Shown here: positions 36,369-47,899 of the stretch, piece by piece | Layout: the number at the start of each line of letters is the position of its first letter | Position numbering within the stretch: position 1 is the stretch's first letter | NCBI GenBank assembly: GCA_004431415.1 | Contig: QPMI01000056.1 | Coordinates: 310,001-374,000, forward strand | DNA length: 64,000 nucleotides | Reading direction: 5' to 3' | Source of the DNA: Cyanophora paradoxa CCMP329 | Taxonomy: Eukaryota; Plantae; Glaucophyta | The notes under the pieces: generated by a model | What the model was told of the DNA's origin: nothing | What the model saw: the letters and a program-made list of their open reading frames with translations, nothing else | Databases searched by the model: none | Program-made: the position numbers and the translations under genes

Positions 36369-38577
36369 ATGCGCACGCCGCGTCTGGCCTCGCCGGCGCA
36401 GCTCAACACACCCCAAAAGGCGCGCCGTGAAAGCTATATAGCCGAGCGTAACCACTGGATCAAGTACCGTCACGCGGAAGCGATTGCTGACTGGGCAAAC
36501 GGCGGCTTTGAAGGACCGAAGCCGCAGCCGCCGGCGCCACCCGAGGACCTCATAGCTAAGACAGCTGTTGAGGACAGCACCTGCAGACAGCTGTTCGCTG
36601 CGCAGCCCGCCGACCAAGACGTCGACGCCAGCCAGCAGCCAGCGCCAGCCACCGCCATCAGCTGCAGCCCGCCTCAGAAAGCGACCGTTGACGTGCACGA
36701 TTGCGCTCCGCACTCCCCCCTCGCCCCGTCGCCGGAGCCGATCGCCCTTAGTGCAACGGTCACTGCGACGTGCGTTGCCCGCGATCCGTCGCCATCCGCG
36801 CTGATGATACCTGTACAGGAATGAATCAGAGCTAACTGAAAACAAGGCTGAGGAGGCGGCGCCACCCGCGCCGGCTGCGTCGCCGGATGTGCCTGGCCGT
36901 GTGCCCGTGTTCCTGTTCTTCGTTCCAGTCGAGTGCGTGCTCTGCTGCTGCACAACAGTTGTACCAATCTCTTACAGTCGTGCGGCGCCCCTAGGGTCGA
37001 TCCTGTGCCGCCCACGCCCGCTCCTGCTGAAGAAGTTCTCTGCCCCCCACGGAGGAGGAGTTAGCCGAGATGGCGGCTATGGACTTGTCCGAGGGCGCTA
37101 TACAGGAGCTGAGGTCTGCAGATGCTGCTGCATAGCAGATGTTTTTGCTGACAGTCGTGAACGTGCAGAGCACGTGCATCAATTTCGAAGGAGGACAAGG
37201 AGGCTGTTGATCTTCTGATCGGGATCAATGCAACCTGCTCAGTCTGTTTGAGCTCAGTCCAGGATCCTGAGAGAGGGCTCCCTGTGACGGTGGCCGACAG
37301 CGAGGGGAAGATCTGTTCCCACAAGTTCCATGAATCCTGCATCATGGACCTGCTGAAGCACGGGAGGCCGTCCTGTCCTGAGTGGTACATACTAATCCCG
37401 CCCCCCCCCACCCACCCCCTGTGACAGTACCCTTTCTGATCTCTTTACAGTCGCATGGATATCCGCACTGTGGCAAGGCTCAGCGGTGAGAGAGTGAAGA
37501 CCATCTCCGAGGCTGAGTTCAAGGAGTGCAACCAGCACTTCCACGATGACGTCGGCCTTCAGGCAACGGAGGCTTTAATCATTGCGGAGGCAGTAGATGC
37601 GGGCGCAGGTTCTCAGTCTCAAGCACCCCCTCTCCCCCCTCCAGACTACCGCAGGCAGCCTGGACGGCGATGGACTTATCGTTGCCTCGTCTGCGGCGAA
37701 AACTTCCCCAACTACCACAGCCACCCCTACTTGTGCTGCCACAACAAGGAATCCATCTGCCAGCACGAGCCGGGCGGCTGCGGGCGGTCGGAAGAGGCGT
37801 GCATCAAGCGAAAGCACGTCAGGGAGAGATGCATGAACGCCTACCACCCTGAATGTGTGAACTTCGTGGTCGAGAATGGATTCAAAATGATGGAATATCT
37901 CTGTGTGTCCTTTGCATTACATTCGCGATTCAAGACCTCGCTAACGTTTTGTGTAGGCCTCGCCTGCTGCTGCCAGAAATGCCATTTGGCCGGATCGGAG
38001 GATGATCCCTCTCTGAATGGCGAACTCCTCATCTGCGATGGGAGGGCGTGCGGCAGGGCGTGGCACGTCGAATGTGCTGGTTTTTCGGATGCCACCATAC
38101 CCGAGGGCAAGTGGTACTGTGCGTGCCTCTGGATACTGGATGTTCATGCATCGCATTCCTAACACATGCCTTTTAGGCCTTGAGTGCTCGGAGTCAAGGG
38201 AGAAGAAGAGGAGGAGGAAGGAGGAGCGGCGGCAAGCGATGCGGCGTGCAAAGGATGAGCGGCGGCAAGCAACGCGGCGTGCACAGGAGGAGCAGGAGGA
38301 AGAGGAGGAGGAAGAGGAGGAGGAAGAGGAAGAGGAGGAGCAGGAGGCGGAAGAGGAGGAGCAGGAGTCAGAGAACGAAGAGAACGAAGAGCAGCTGAAG
38401 CAGAAGGAGGCGTGGGAACAGCGGAAGCGGCTCACAGCAGCGCGCGTCAGCGCCGCCCCCACTGTCGGCACAAAGAGAGTGCGCGAGGCGAAACAACGCC
38501 AGGCGGCGGCCCTCGCGAAGATTGCCCAGCACAGGCAGCGCACTGTAGAACGTGCCGTAGCGAGCATGAGAAGATAA
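36369..38577 (+). CDS. RING-H2 plus tandem PHD finger protein with acidic coiled-coil tail (alternative in-frame ATG at 36324)
   Basis: CSVC...CSHKFHESC...CPEC; PHD1 CLVC..LCC..CMNAYHPEC..YLCLAC; PHD2 CQKC..LLICDGRACGRAWHVEC..IPEGKWYCLEC; poly-Glu tail. Confidence 0.85.
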
Positions 38578-38623
38578 TCGCAGGCTTTGTATGCATCTGT
38601 GCGCACAATGTAAATATTTTGAT

Positions 38624-40650
38624 TCAGGGCTCAAGCTTGAGATCCTCGTCATCCCGGGCAGGGTCACAAACTACAAGAGCTAGCTTGCGGATCCGTTCCC
38701 TCCACTGCCTGATCCAGCACTCATTCGCACTTCCATCTGGTTTACTTGTGAGCAGCTGTGAGCGGAGAGCAGCCTGCACGTTGAGCTGGCTATCGCTACA
38801 TGTGGGGAACATGAGCGTGTACACAGCAGCCCAGATCCACACACCGCACTGGAGCAAAGTGCATCAGGAAAGACAATACAGATACTCTAGAAAAGAACTC
38901 ACATCGACGCAATTAAACTGAACAGCGTGGTCGTAGATGTTCCCCAGCACACTTACTCTATGGGAGTGGAGCATATCTGCAACCTTACCCAATGTTTTCG
39001 TCCAATTCATTGAATCGGCGAAGGTGCAGACAGTCTGACGTCCTTCTTTGCGGAGGTAGCCGAGAATCCTGTGTGTTGCATCAGACATCGATCTACGGAA
39101 GCAGTCTGCACGGCACACCAGTGTCCAACCTCACGCCCTGTGGGTGTCCTGTGATTTGTGTTGAAGCAAAAGAGCACATGCTTGCCCTGTCGAGCTAAGT
39201 CGACCAGCAGATGAATGTAGGCCGTGTTGTCGAGGAGGCCGAAGGGGCACGGGCTCTCCACATGCCACAGCGGGTTTCTCCATTGACTGCTGACAAGCAT
39301 GAGAAGATAGATGCCTGAGGGCACAGACACACACGGAAGAAGTCGGTCAAAACCATTGATCTGAGACAGAACGAAGAACTGTACGTTTACCTGTCTGCAC
39401 TTGAGAGGTAGTAAGTGGAATCTTGCCGTCTTCGGGGATCATCGCCAAGTCATCAATGACATTCCGCACATACTCTCGTACTGGTTTCTTGGCGTCGCTG
39501 ATCTTCATCGGCTTCAGTTCCTGACGACCTGGCATGGAACTGTCAGTCAATTGCCATCAACTGTGCATTCTGCAGCATACCCGGCTTCTGGTCGGAAGCT
39601 ATGCATTCCTCCCCTTCATCCCATTCATTCCTATCGGTTGTGGCCGGTGTAGGATTTTCGATCTCGACGTCGACCACAGGAATCGACATGCCCACAGAGC
39701 GTAGAGCTGCTGCTCGGGCAGGCCTAATCCTCCGAGAAAGGGGCGAGACGGCGACGGCAGGGCGGGCGGGGGACGGGGAGGTGGAGGCAGGAGGGGTGGC
39801 AGGAGGGGCTGGGGGAGGAACGGAAGGAGGCGCGGGGGGAGGGGCGAAGGGAGAGGCGGAGGGAGGGGCAAAGGGAGAGGCGGGGGGAGGGGCAAAGGGA
39901 GAGGCGGGGGGAGGAGGTGCGGCAAAGGGAGGAGGAGCGGGGGGGGAAACAACCCCATCTGCCGCGGCATCTGCCGCGGGGGGGGCTGCAGCGGGAGGGA
40001 CAGCAACGAGCGCTGCGGCCAGGCGCAGCGGCGGATCCTTCTTGAAGGCGTCGGCAGCGAGCCGGACCAGGAAATCTCTCAGCGTCTCGCGTGGTGCGTC
40101 CTTGTACACGTGCATGTAAACGGCTTGCACTTGCGCGAGCATTTGCACGCATGTGTGCATATGCGTGATCACAGGAGGCCCGCATACTCCGTTTTCCCCA
40201 TAATACACCGATTCCGAGATAGCACACCTGCAGGCAGAGTCAGCGAACACCGCGCACGAGTTACCGCGGCGGGGCGCACGCGCGGCCAGCGATAGCCCCG
40301 ATCCAAAGGAGGATCCTGCAGATCTCGCAGACGTGAACGACACGCTTCGAGCTATCTGTGTAAAGCTGGGTGTTGCGCTTGACTTGCTGCCCCGTCAAGG
40401 GATCGTACACCTGCTTGCTGAACGTGTCCTTCACGCCGAGGATCATGCATGTCTGCTCCAGGTGCCGCACGCCGACGGGCAATCCTGTATCGGGATCCAG
40501 ATCGTAAAAGCCGTTGGCTAGCCCCCAGCTCGGTTGGCCGCCGGCATCCGGGGCAGCACGATTCCTGCGCGCGGCCTTTCCCGCGCCCGGCTCGCTTGTC
40601 TGCGCGTCTGTACGCGGCCTCCGCTTCCGTTCCTCGGCCGGCGCTGACAT
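38624..40650 (-). CDS. Ulp1/SENP-like (clan CE) cysteine protease with N-terminal extension and Pro-rich linker
   Basis: After splicing: VLFCFNTNH...GH|WILGY (His), TFADSM (Asp), VQFNCVD|CGVW (oxyanion Gln and catalytic Cys). Confidence 0.82.
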
Positions 40651-40904
40651 GTCTGCCGTGCCGAAGGCCGCCTATGTGTATTGACGGCTGCCCAAATGGG
40701 CGTCAGCGCGGGAATTCCCGAAGATTGCGCGGGGCGTGCGGGCGTGATTTAGCACAAGAGGGCTAGCACCGCGGTAGGAGCTGAGCAGAAGCCTTGCCGT
40801 TGAGCTCACAGCAGGAGAACGGGACGGCGGGTGCTCCGGCAGGGGGTACCGGTACCGAAGCCCCAGCGCTGGGATCTCGAGCTGGTGGGCAGTTCCGAAG
40901 CAAA

Positions 40905-41613
40905 ATGTATAGGCAGCTGCGTCGTCTCGCTTCGGCCGGAGGTACTGAACTGGTATGTGCGCTGAGTGCGCTGCGCCGCCAGTGGGTCGCCTGTGCGCTA
41001 ACTGCCAGGCTGCACTCGCTGCCGGCAGGTAACGGCAAGGACGCGTGGTGTGAGCGTGCGCTCGTTCGACTGCCGCTCGTGCCGCCAGTATCGCTGCGAG
41101 TAAAGTTTGCCGCAGACCCCGCGGCGAGGCCGTCTGCCGCGCACCACCGCTGCCATCGGCATCGATCGCCGCGCGGGCTGGCTTCTGCCGAAGCAGTCGG
41201 GCATCTGGCGCGCCGGGACCGGCCTCTTCGTGGAGCGGCCGGGCGTGCGCCGTGGTGCAGTTGTTTTCAGACCAGGTGACCTCATCACCCCGTACCGCGG
41301 GACGATCTACACGAAGACTCAAGCGCTGGAGATTTTCGCTCGCGAGCCCTCGCGTCGCCTCTACAGCATCTCGTTCAAAGGCAAGTACGGGCACACGTAC
41401 GTCCTCGACGCCACCGACTTTCCGGAGGCGAGCCTAGCGCGCTTCGCAAATGACGCGGATAAGCCCGGGACTCACCCCCGCTTCTCGAACAACGCCTTCT
41501 TCCGCGTGGAGAAGGACGGGCAGGTCTGGCTAGTCGCCGACTGCGTCCTCAAGCAGGGGATGGAGATCTTCGTCCCGTACGGGCAGCTGTACTGGAGCGT
41601 GCTGGCTCGCTAG
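40905..41613 (+). CDS. Stand-alone SET-domain lysine methyltransferase of viral/bacterial type; start uncertain
   Basis: KQSGIWRAGTGLF, FRPGDLITPYRG, VLDA, LARFANDA, NNAFF, LKQGMEIFVPYGQLYW; no pre-/post-SET Cys clusters; two phase-0 introns upstream of the SET exon (41116-41613). Confidence 0.85.
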
Positions 41614-41878
41614 CTCTCTTCTCGTATCTCACGCGCTATCCTGGCGTTGTAGACCTCCTTTTCTCTCTTTTCCGGTTCTGTTTCTTCTCCCATCCAAATG
41701 AACCCAGTCTCTCTCATGCCAGCAGCTAGCTCTGGGATGGCAGACTGGCCTGCGGCTGCGCACGCGCCAACGCGACACCGCATGCACTGTGCGTCGAAGC
41801 GGGATGCGATGGCAAAAGAAAGAGCGCGGCTCTTGATGGGATGGGAAGAAATGTGACGCGAGTGAGCGCGCGACGTGT

Positions 41879-43171
41879 CGCGGCAACCGCGGCATTTTGA
41901 GTCTATCCGCGGCAACTCCGCGGCAGTTACGTGAGAATTAATTAACCACGAAATTAAAAAAGGGGGTAGTCCAAATGACGCGGCATCTTCGCGGCATTCC
42001 GCGCTACTAACAAATTCTGCGGCAATTACCGGTAGATGTCGTTAAATCCGGCAGTTGGCGACAGAACGCGGCATCCAAGGCGTCGTCGCGCTGCTTTCGC
42101 GGCTCTCGCCCGAGAATTAATTAACCACGAAATTAAAAAGTGGGGGTAGTGTGATTGACGCGGTGTTTCCGCGGCACTCCGCGCTACTAGCGGCAATTAC
42201 TGCCACACGTCGTCAAATTCGGTAGTTAGCGTCAAAATGCGGCATCCGCGATGGAATCGCGTTTTCTACGCGACGGTTTCCCAAGAATTAATTAACCACG
42301 AAATAAAAAAGGGGGGTAGTCCAAATAACGCGGCAACTTCGCGGCAGTTTTCCCTAACCGCGGCATGATTTGACAATCGCGGTACATTGCGGTTGTTCGC
42401 GGCAAATACGAATCGCGGCGTCAATTCTGGCTTGCCATCTGGCGCGGATCGTGAGCTTCATGATCATGAGGCGCGTTTTCTCCCGCGTCATGATGCCTGC
42501 ATGTCCAGAGGTACTCTATAAATATTTTAATCATGTTTAGGAGGAGGCGGGATTGTGCATGCAGACCACAGACACATGTGTCGAACAGAAAAGTACAGGA
42601 TGAACTGTCAGACTGACAATTCATGAATTGCCATAAAGCACTGAAGCTAGGGTGGTCTGTGGAAAAAGCGCACACGTTCTAAGCATGATTAAAATACTTA
42701 TATAGTTCCTCTGAACATGCCTGCATCATGATGCGGAGGAAACGCGCGTCATGATCATGAAGCTCATGATCTGCGCCTCATCGGGACATACGAAGCGACG
42801 CCGCGGTTCTGTAGAGCCGCAAAATGCCGACAAACCTCGCGAGAACCGCTAATTGCCGCTAGTAGCGCGGAGTGCCGCGGAAACACCGCGTCAATCACAC
42901 TACCCCCACTTTTTAATTTCGTGGTTAATTAATTCTCGGGCGAGAGCCGCGAAAGCAGCGCGACGACGCCTTGGATGCCGCGTTCTGTCGCCAACTGCCG
43001 GATTTAACGACATCTACCGGTAATTGCCGCAGAATTTGTTAGTAGCGCGGAATGCCGCGAAGATGCCGCGTCATTTGGACTACCCCCCTTTTTTAATTTC
43101 GTGGTTAATTAATTCTCACGTAACTGCCGCGGAGTTGCCGCGGATAGACTCAAAATGCCGCGGTTGCCGCG
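41879..43171. repeat. 1.3-kb quasi-palindrome with an iterated AT-rich motif
   Basis: 41879-42199 is an almost perfect reverse complement of 42850-43171; inner imperfect IR ~42448-42540 / ~42679-42777; five copies of AGAATTAATTAACCACGAAAT(T/A)AAAAA..GGGGGTAGT. Confidence 0.95.
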
Positions 43172-43252
43172 GATGACGCGGATTGTCGCGAACGTTCAAA
43201 GAACGCGTTCTGCCGCGGAATGCCGCTCGGGGGTTCACACTACCCCAAGACG

Positions 43253-44115
43253 ATGGCGGGAGCGTCGGTGGACAGCAGCACGCAAGTGGAGCGGCCTTGC
43301 TGCAACGAGAAAGTCATGACGATCGTCGAGCACAGTCTGAATGTGCGTTGCCTTTGTGGTCCGCGCGACGGTAGCGGGCGCCACCAGCTATCTGATGAAC
43401 TTCGGAATTCCCACAGCACCTCAACGAGAGGCTTGCCGATAAGCAAGCGGAGGTGGACACTTTGCACCGAAAGGTGGCCGAGATGGAGGCCAGGGAGAGA
43501 GCGAACGAATTCGTCGGACCGCAGATTCTGGGACTGACAAAGGTGCGCGTGCGATGCGCATGCGGCCGCTCAGCATGCCTCAGCTCTGCGGCAGGACGTA
43601 TGCGACAGGTACCGCGAGGTGAAAGAGGAGCTGAGCAAGTCTCAGAAGGCGCTGGCCGATGCGAACGCCCGAATCCGTGAGGTCGATCTGGGACTGACAA
43701 AGGTGCGCGTGCGATGCGCATGCGGCCGCTCAGCATGCCTCAGCTCTGCGGCAGGACGTATGCGACAGGTACCGCGAGGTGAAAGAGGAGCTGAGCAAGT
43801 CTGAGAAGGCGCGGGCCGATGCGAACGCCCGAATCCGTGAGGTCGAGGAGGCGAGCTCGATCTTCGCAGTACGATGCTCGGAGCTCGCAGTGCGATGCCA
43901 CGTGCCTTAGTTCTGCTCGCAGATCCTTGGCAAGAGGATGCGCGACGAATTGGAGTGCGGGTGCGCACGAAGGACAGTGCGTGGTCATTCCATTTGCTGC
44001 GCCTAGACGTGCCGCGCCTTTGCTGATAAATGTGCCCGATGCAGATCTCAAGGACATCATGGCCTACAGAGCGGGTTGCGACTACATCGGTGTGATGCTG
44101 GATGCACGCCCTTAA
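43253..44115 (+). CDS. Small coiled-coil protein with a tandemly duplicated exon+intron
   Basis: HLNERLADKQAEVDTLHRKVAEME; a 160-bp unit (52-nt intron + 108-nt exon DVCDRYREVKEELSKS..ADANARIREV) occurs twice at 43527-43846. Confidence 0.65.
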
Positions 44116-44349
44116 TGAGATCTTTGTAGGGCTTCAACTCCGAGAGATCCCCTCAGGCTTCATTGTTTTTCTGTTCAGATGCTTTTAAGTCCATATTGAT
44201 TGCCTTTCTTGCCCGGCGGCCCCTGTGGCTTGTGCAGCGTGTCAAAGGAGCAAAAGTAGCTGCTTAAAGAATAATTGTACACAAATGAAAGGGCACAAGC
44301 AAGGAACGTGCAAAGTGAAGGATGCGAAGGGCACATGCACACGAGTCAC

Positions 44350-45124
44350 CTACTCCATCATTGACCTGTACATATCTATAGGTCTGTAGATTTTCTCGGG
44401 CTGGTCGGGACCGAGGGTCCAGCCGTAGGCAAATGCGAAGTACCTGTGAGCAAGCAGCGCCTCAGCGGAACAGCGGAACGCATTGCAGCGGCGCGGACCC
44501 GTTGTATCGGGGGCGCGCGCGGGCGTAGTTGACGAAGCGATCGCGGAGCTCCTTCCGGCCCTGCACAGCTGGGTTGTAGGGCACGGGCATGTGTGACCTG
44601 CACACCGCGGCAAGGCACGCGTGAGCCAGATTGGGATAGACTGGGGATATACTAGTGCAGCATGGCAGATCGCACTCTATCTTCATGGCCGCGGCGCTGG
44701 CGACGCGCTGAATCCATGACTCCGACGCTTTGATTCCTCGCTCGCGGAGGATCGCGCGGATCCCGCGGACCTCGCGCCACACCGGATCGAACACCGCGAG
44801 GGCCTTCCGAATCCTCGACTTCGACGCTGTGATGCCTTGGGCGCGGAGGGCCGTGCGGATCATGCCGCCGCCGAAAAGGGGGCCATTTAAGTTAACAACC
44901 TCCAGCACGGCGACACAAAGGACATTGAAAGAGAGAGCGTAGTTCGTTGAGAGGCCAAGCTCGCGGAGCCTGGAGCGCAGAGCGCGCCTGTTGAGGTTGA
45001 TGCCGTGCTGCTCGGCTAGCAGAGTCAGTATCTCAGCGGCCGTCTTCCTCTGGTCCACGTAGCCGCGCAGAGTCTCCTCCTCGATGCTGCTTGGCTGGGC
45101 CGGGCTCGCGCCACCCGCGGCCAT
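44350..45124 (-). CDS. Truncated paralog of the element's transposase (DNA-binding part only, ends just after the first catalytic Asp)
   Basis: LRGYVDQRKTAAEILTLLAEQHGINLNRRALRSRLRELGLSTNYALS aligns to LEEYVAQKRKAREIVALLHEEHQIQISMRALRYKLSDLDLSTDYSLS; last exon AYGWTLGPDQPEK vs FFGWSVGFDQNEK, then stop. Confidence 0.8.
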
Positions 45125-45145
45125 TTCGCTGCGTACCCAACACCT

Positions 45146-45787
45146 CCCGGGTACACCGGACTCAGCCATCCCGGAGCCCGCCGAGCGCTCCTGCAGCGAG
45201 CTCGGCGCGAGCGAGCCGCCAGTGACCTGGGCGCCGCCCAGCCCCATCCCGCGCCGCCTCGCTCGGGCGTGCCAGTTGGCAACACCACCTGTTCCTCGCG
45301 GCGGGCTGCGAATAGGCACGCCCGAGGCTCGCATCCGCCTACGGTACGCACACAGACTGCGATCCCATCGCCGGCGCAGCGCCCGTGCACCGCCCGCGGC
45401 GCCGCACGGGCCATTTACGATGGCGTCAATACCGCAGGTGGCGTCCCGCTGCGGCTTTGGCACGCCCTCCGGCAAGCCTGACGGGAGCATTACGATCACC
45501 GGAGTCGCGGAAGGGCCCACGGCTGCGTGGCGAAAGCGCGCACCGTGGCACGCAAGCGCGTCTGCATCGGCCGCGCTTCCCCCTCTTCTTGAGCCCCGTG
45601 CGCCCCATCGAGTCCTTGCGCTCGTCCCCGCAGTTGCAGCTAGGCATATGGACACTCACGCGAGCTGCAGCTAGGCATATGGCTATAGCTAGGCAGTCTC
45701 TGGTCAAGGTAGTTCTTTCTCTGGAGCTGCTCGCATCTCGGCTAGCTGCAGTCTCTGGTCAAGGTAGTTCTTTCTCTGGATGTTCAC
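45146..45787 (-). repeat. Long internal inverted repeat, arm B (5' region of the transposase paralog)
   Basis: Reverse complement of 35753-36347, with small internal duplications at ~45635-45780. Confidence 0.9.
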
Positions 45788-45877
45788 GAGTACAGAGTAC
45801 AGAGATGATTGCACACCCCTCAACCCCCGGACGCGTGGTTACGAAAGGACAAGAAAGCATTGCACTGAAGAAACATG

Positions 45878-47856
45878 CTAGGGTTTAGCATCTGGATTGT
45901 TAGTGTCTAAGACCCGGCTGTTCTTGCTTTTTTTGACTATGGCGAGGCCACCATTGCCGTTGCTTTCGACTATTGCTGACCACACCTGTATTCCTTCCTT
46001 GTTGAAGGCTTTTTTCTCTTTCCACATCCTGGTCGACATGTCGAGCTTGAGTGGAATCGTGTTGCGCCCGTTCTCCAGAACCCGCTTCCAAATGACTGCA
46101 TGCCTCTGCTTCTCCTCCAACTTGCACACGCCTGCTGGAATCTGGAAATGAACGTCCACAACGTTCTTCCTTCCGGCCTGGTCTACAACCCGAATTTCAG
46201 GCAGCGGGATCTCATCGGTCTCGCTGCGATTTCGATCATTCACGTGTAAAAGAACACACAATTGAAGGGAAGGGCTACACGCACGTGATTCGTCTTTTCT
46301 TCCTTCCTGTGCTCTTCTCCTTGGGGCCCTTGCTGCTGCCCCCCGCCTTCGATCGCTTCGATTCTGAAGAAAGTTAGGATACAGACGGGAGTCTTTCGGG
46401 TTCACACGTGCCATCATCGGCCTCGACGCCGTCAGGAGCCACATCCTCGTCCTCGTCCTCGTCCTCCTCTTCCCCCCCCCCTCCTCCTCCTTCTGAAGAT
46501 CCACAGGGGGGGGTGGAGGTATAGCAGCAGGCGGGGCAGGAGGCAGGGCAGGAGGCGGGGAAGGGCCCCGCCCTGCTCCAGCCAACGCTTTGTCCGCCAT
46601 GGCATTGAGAAGGAGGGCCCGCTCCTCTGGAGTGCGGCGACGAGCCTCCTCTTCCTCCTCCTCCTCCTCATCTGCTGACCCGTGAGCTGCAGCCGGACCC
46701 GACGGAATTTAGTACGCGCAAGCACAAACGTGCCCTGGCTCGTCCGATGCATTCTCCTGCTCTCCAGCCCGGCAATTGCCTTCTGTGAGCCGTGATCAGG
46801 ATGCGGGCAGGAGAGTGAAGGGAAGGACACAAACCACGCTGTCGATGTTGTGGGAGGTTTTGAGATTCTCCATAAAGAGAGCACGCAATTTAGTCTCGGA
46901 TTTGAACTGTTGATTCACCAGGAATACGATGAACGGTTTAGCTTCGGCCAGAGAAATCGGCTGTTTCTCAACCACGTGCTTGCTCATGAGACTCTCCATA
47001 TCGTTCATCTTATCGTCAGGAAACACAACGTCCCCGGCTTCCCGCTTGCACATCTCGGCACACGAAAGCCTGCAGATACGAGTCAGCGGAGCGCAGACGG
47101 GGTTCACCATCAGAATGCTCACAGATCTGCGGCGAGGGACAAGGAAGCCTTCGTCCTCTGCTGGGCACATTTCGTGGCTTTCTCGGCGACGAACTTCGTC
47201 GCGCTCCCCAGCAAGAGCTTGGTTTTTTGGTTGCCAGGAAGAGTTTCCGCTGGCCCCACGGTCTTCTGGATCCACTGCAAGTTGAGTTGGTCTGTGTGCT
47301 GCTCGATTTTGTTCAGCAGTGAACATGCCGCGCGCGCCTGTCTGCGCGGGCCGAACCTGCTGCGGGGTTCGCTTTGGCTTGGACGTGGCGCCGATGCCCC
47401 GCCCGCGCTGCCTGTGGTGCAGCTGCTCCGCCGACTTCGCCTGCTCCGCGAGCAGCTTCGGCACATCGCAGGGGTTGGTGCTGATGAAGTAGTATAGATT
47501 TCCCTGCCGGATGTGCTTGTCGAATATCTGCGCGCATTCAGAAGCAGGCGAGCATCGACGGGCGGCGAACTGCCGACCTGCTGGTTGGGCACCCAGTGGC
47601 CAGCGCCGCAGAGCACCACGTAGAGTTTGAGCAAGGGCCGTGCGAATTCGGGAACGTCGAAGATCGCCGCCACTTCGGCGATGAAAGCATCTAGTTTCGC
47701 CGGTGCCAGTGACACGGTGTTCTCGCCGTGCTTCGATATATCCTTCACGGCTGTTACGATGAGGTCGGGGAGCTGCTCACCCGGCTGCTCAAACTGCGCG
47801 GCCGCGACAGCCGCCACGGGCGGCGCAGGAGCACCGGCGGCCGCAGCCGGGAGCAT
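45878..47856 (-). CDS. Unknown multi-exon cargo protein with acidic and Pro-rich tracts
   Basis: Coding-like exons (LPDLIVTAVKDISKHG..LLKLYVVLCG; EAKPFIVFLVNQQF; IRVVDQAGRKNVVDVHFQ..) separated by short GT-AG introns; no family recognised. Confidence 0.6.
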
Positions 47857-47899
47857 GGTAACGACGCGTACCCCCTGGCTTGACGACGCCGTCAAACCC

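Noticed and set aside
41610-41915. Small minus-strand ORF whose stop overlaps the SET stop
   Set aside because: No convincing start or motif, and its 5' part runs into the palindrome; left uncalled
41934-42325. ~37-bp repeated motif as CRISPR repeats
   Set aside because: Intervening segments are ~140 bp, similar to each other and mirrored in the palindrome; no cas genes; eukaryotic context
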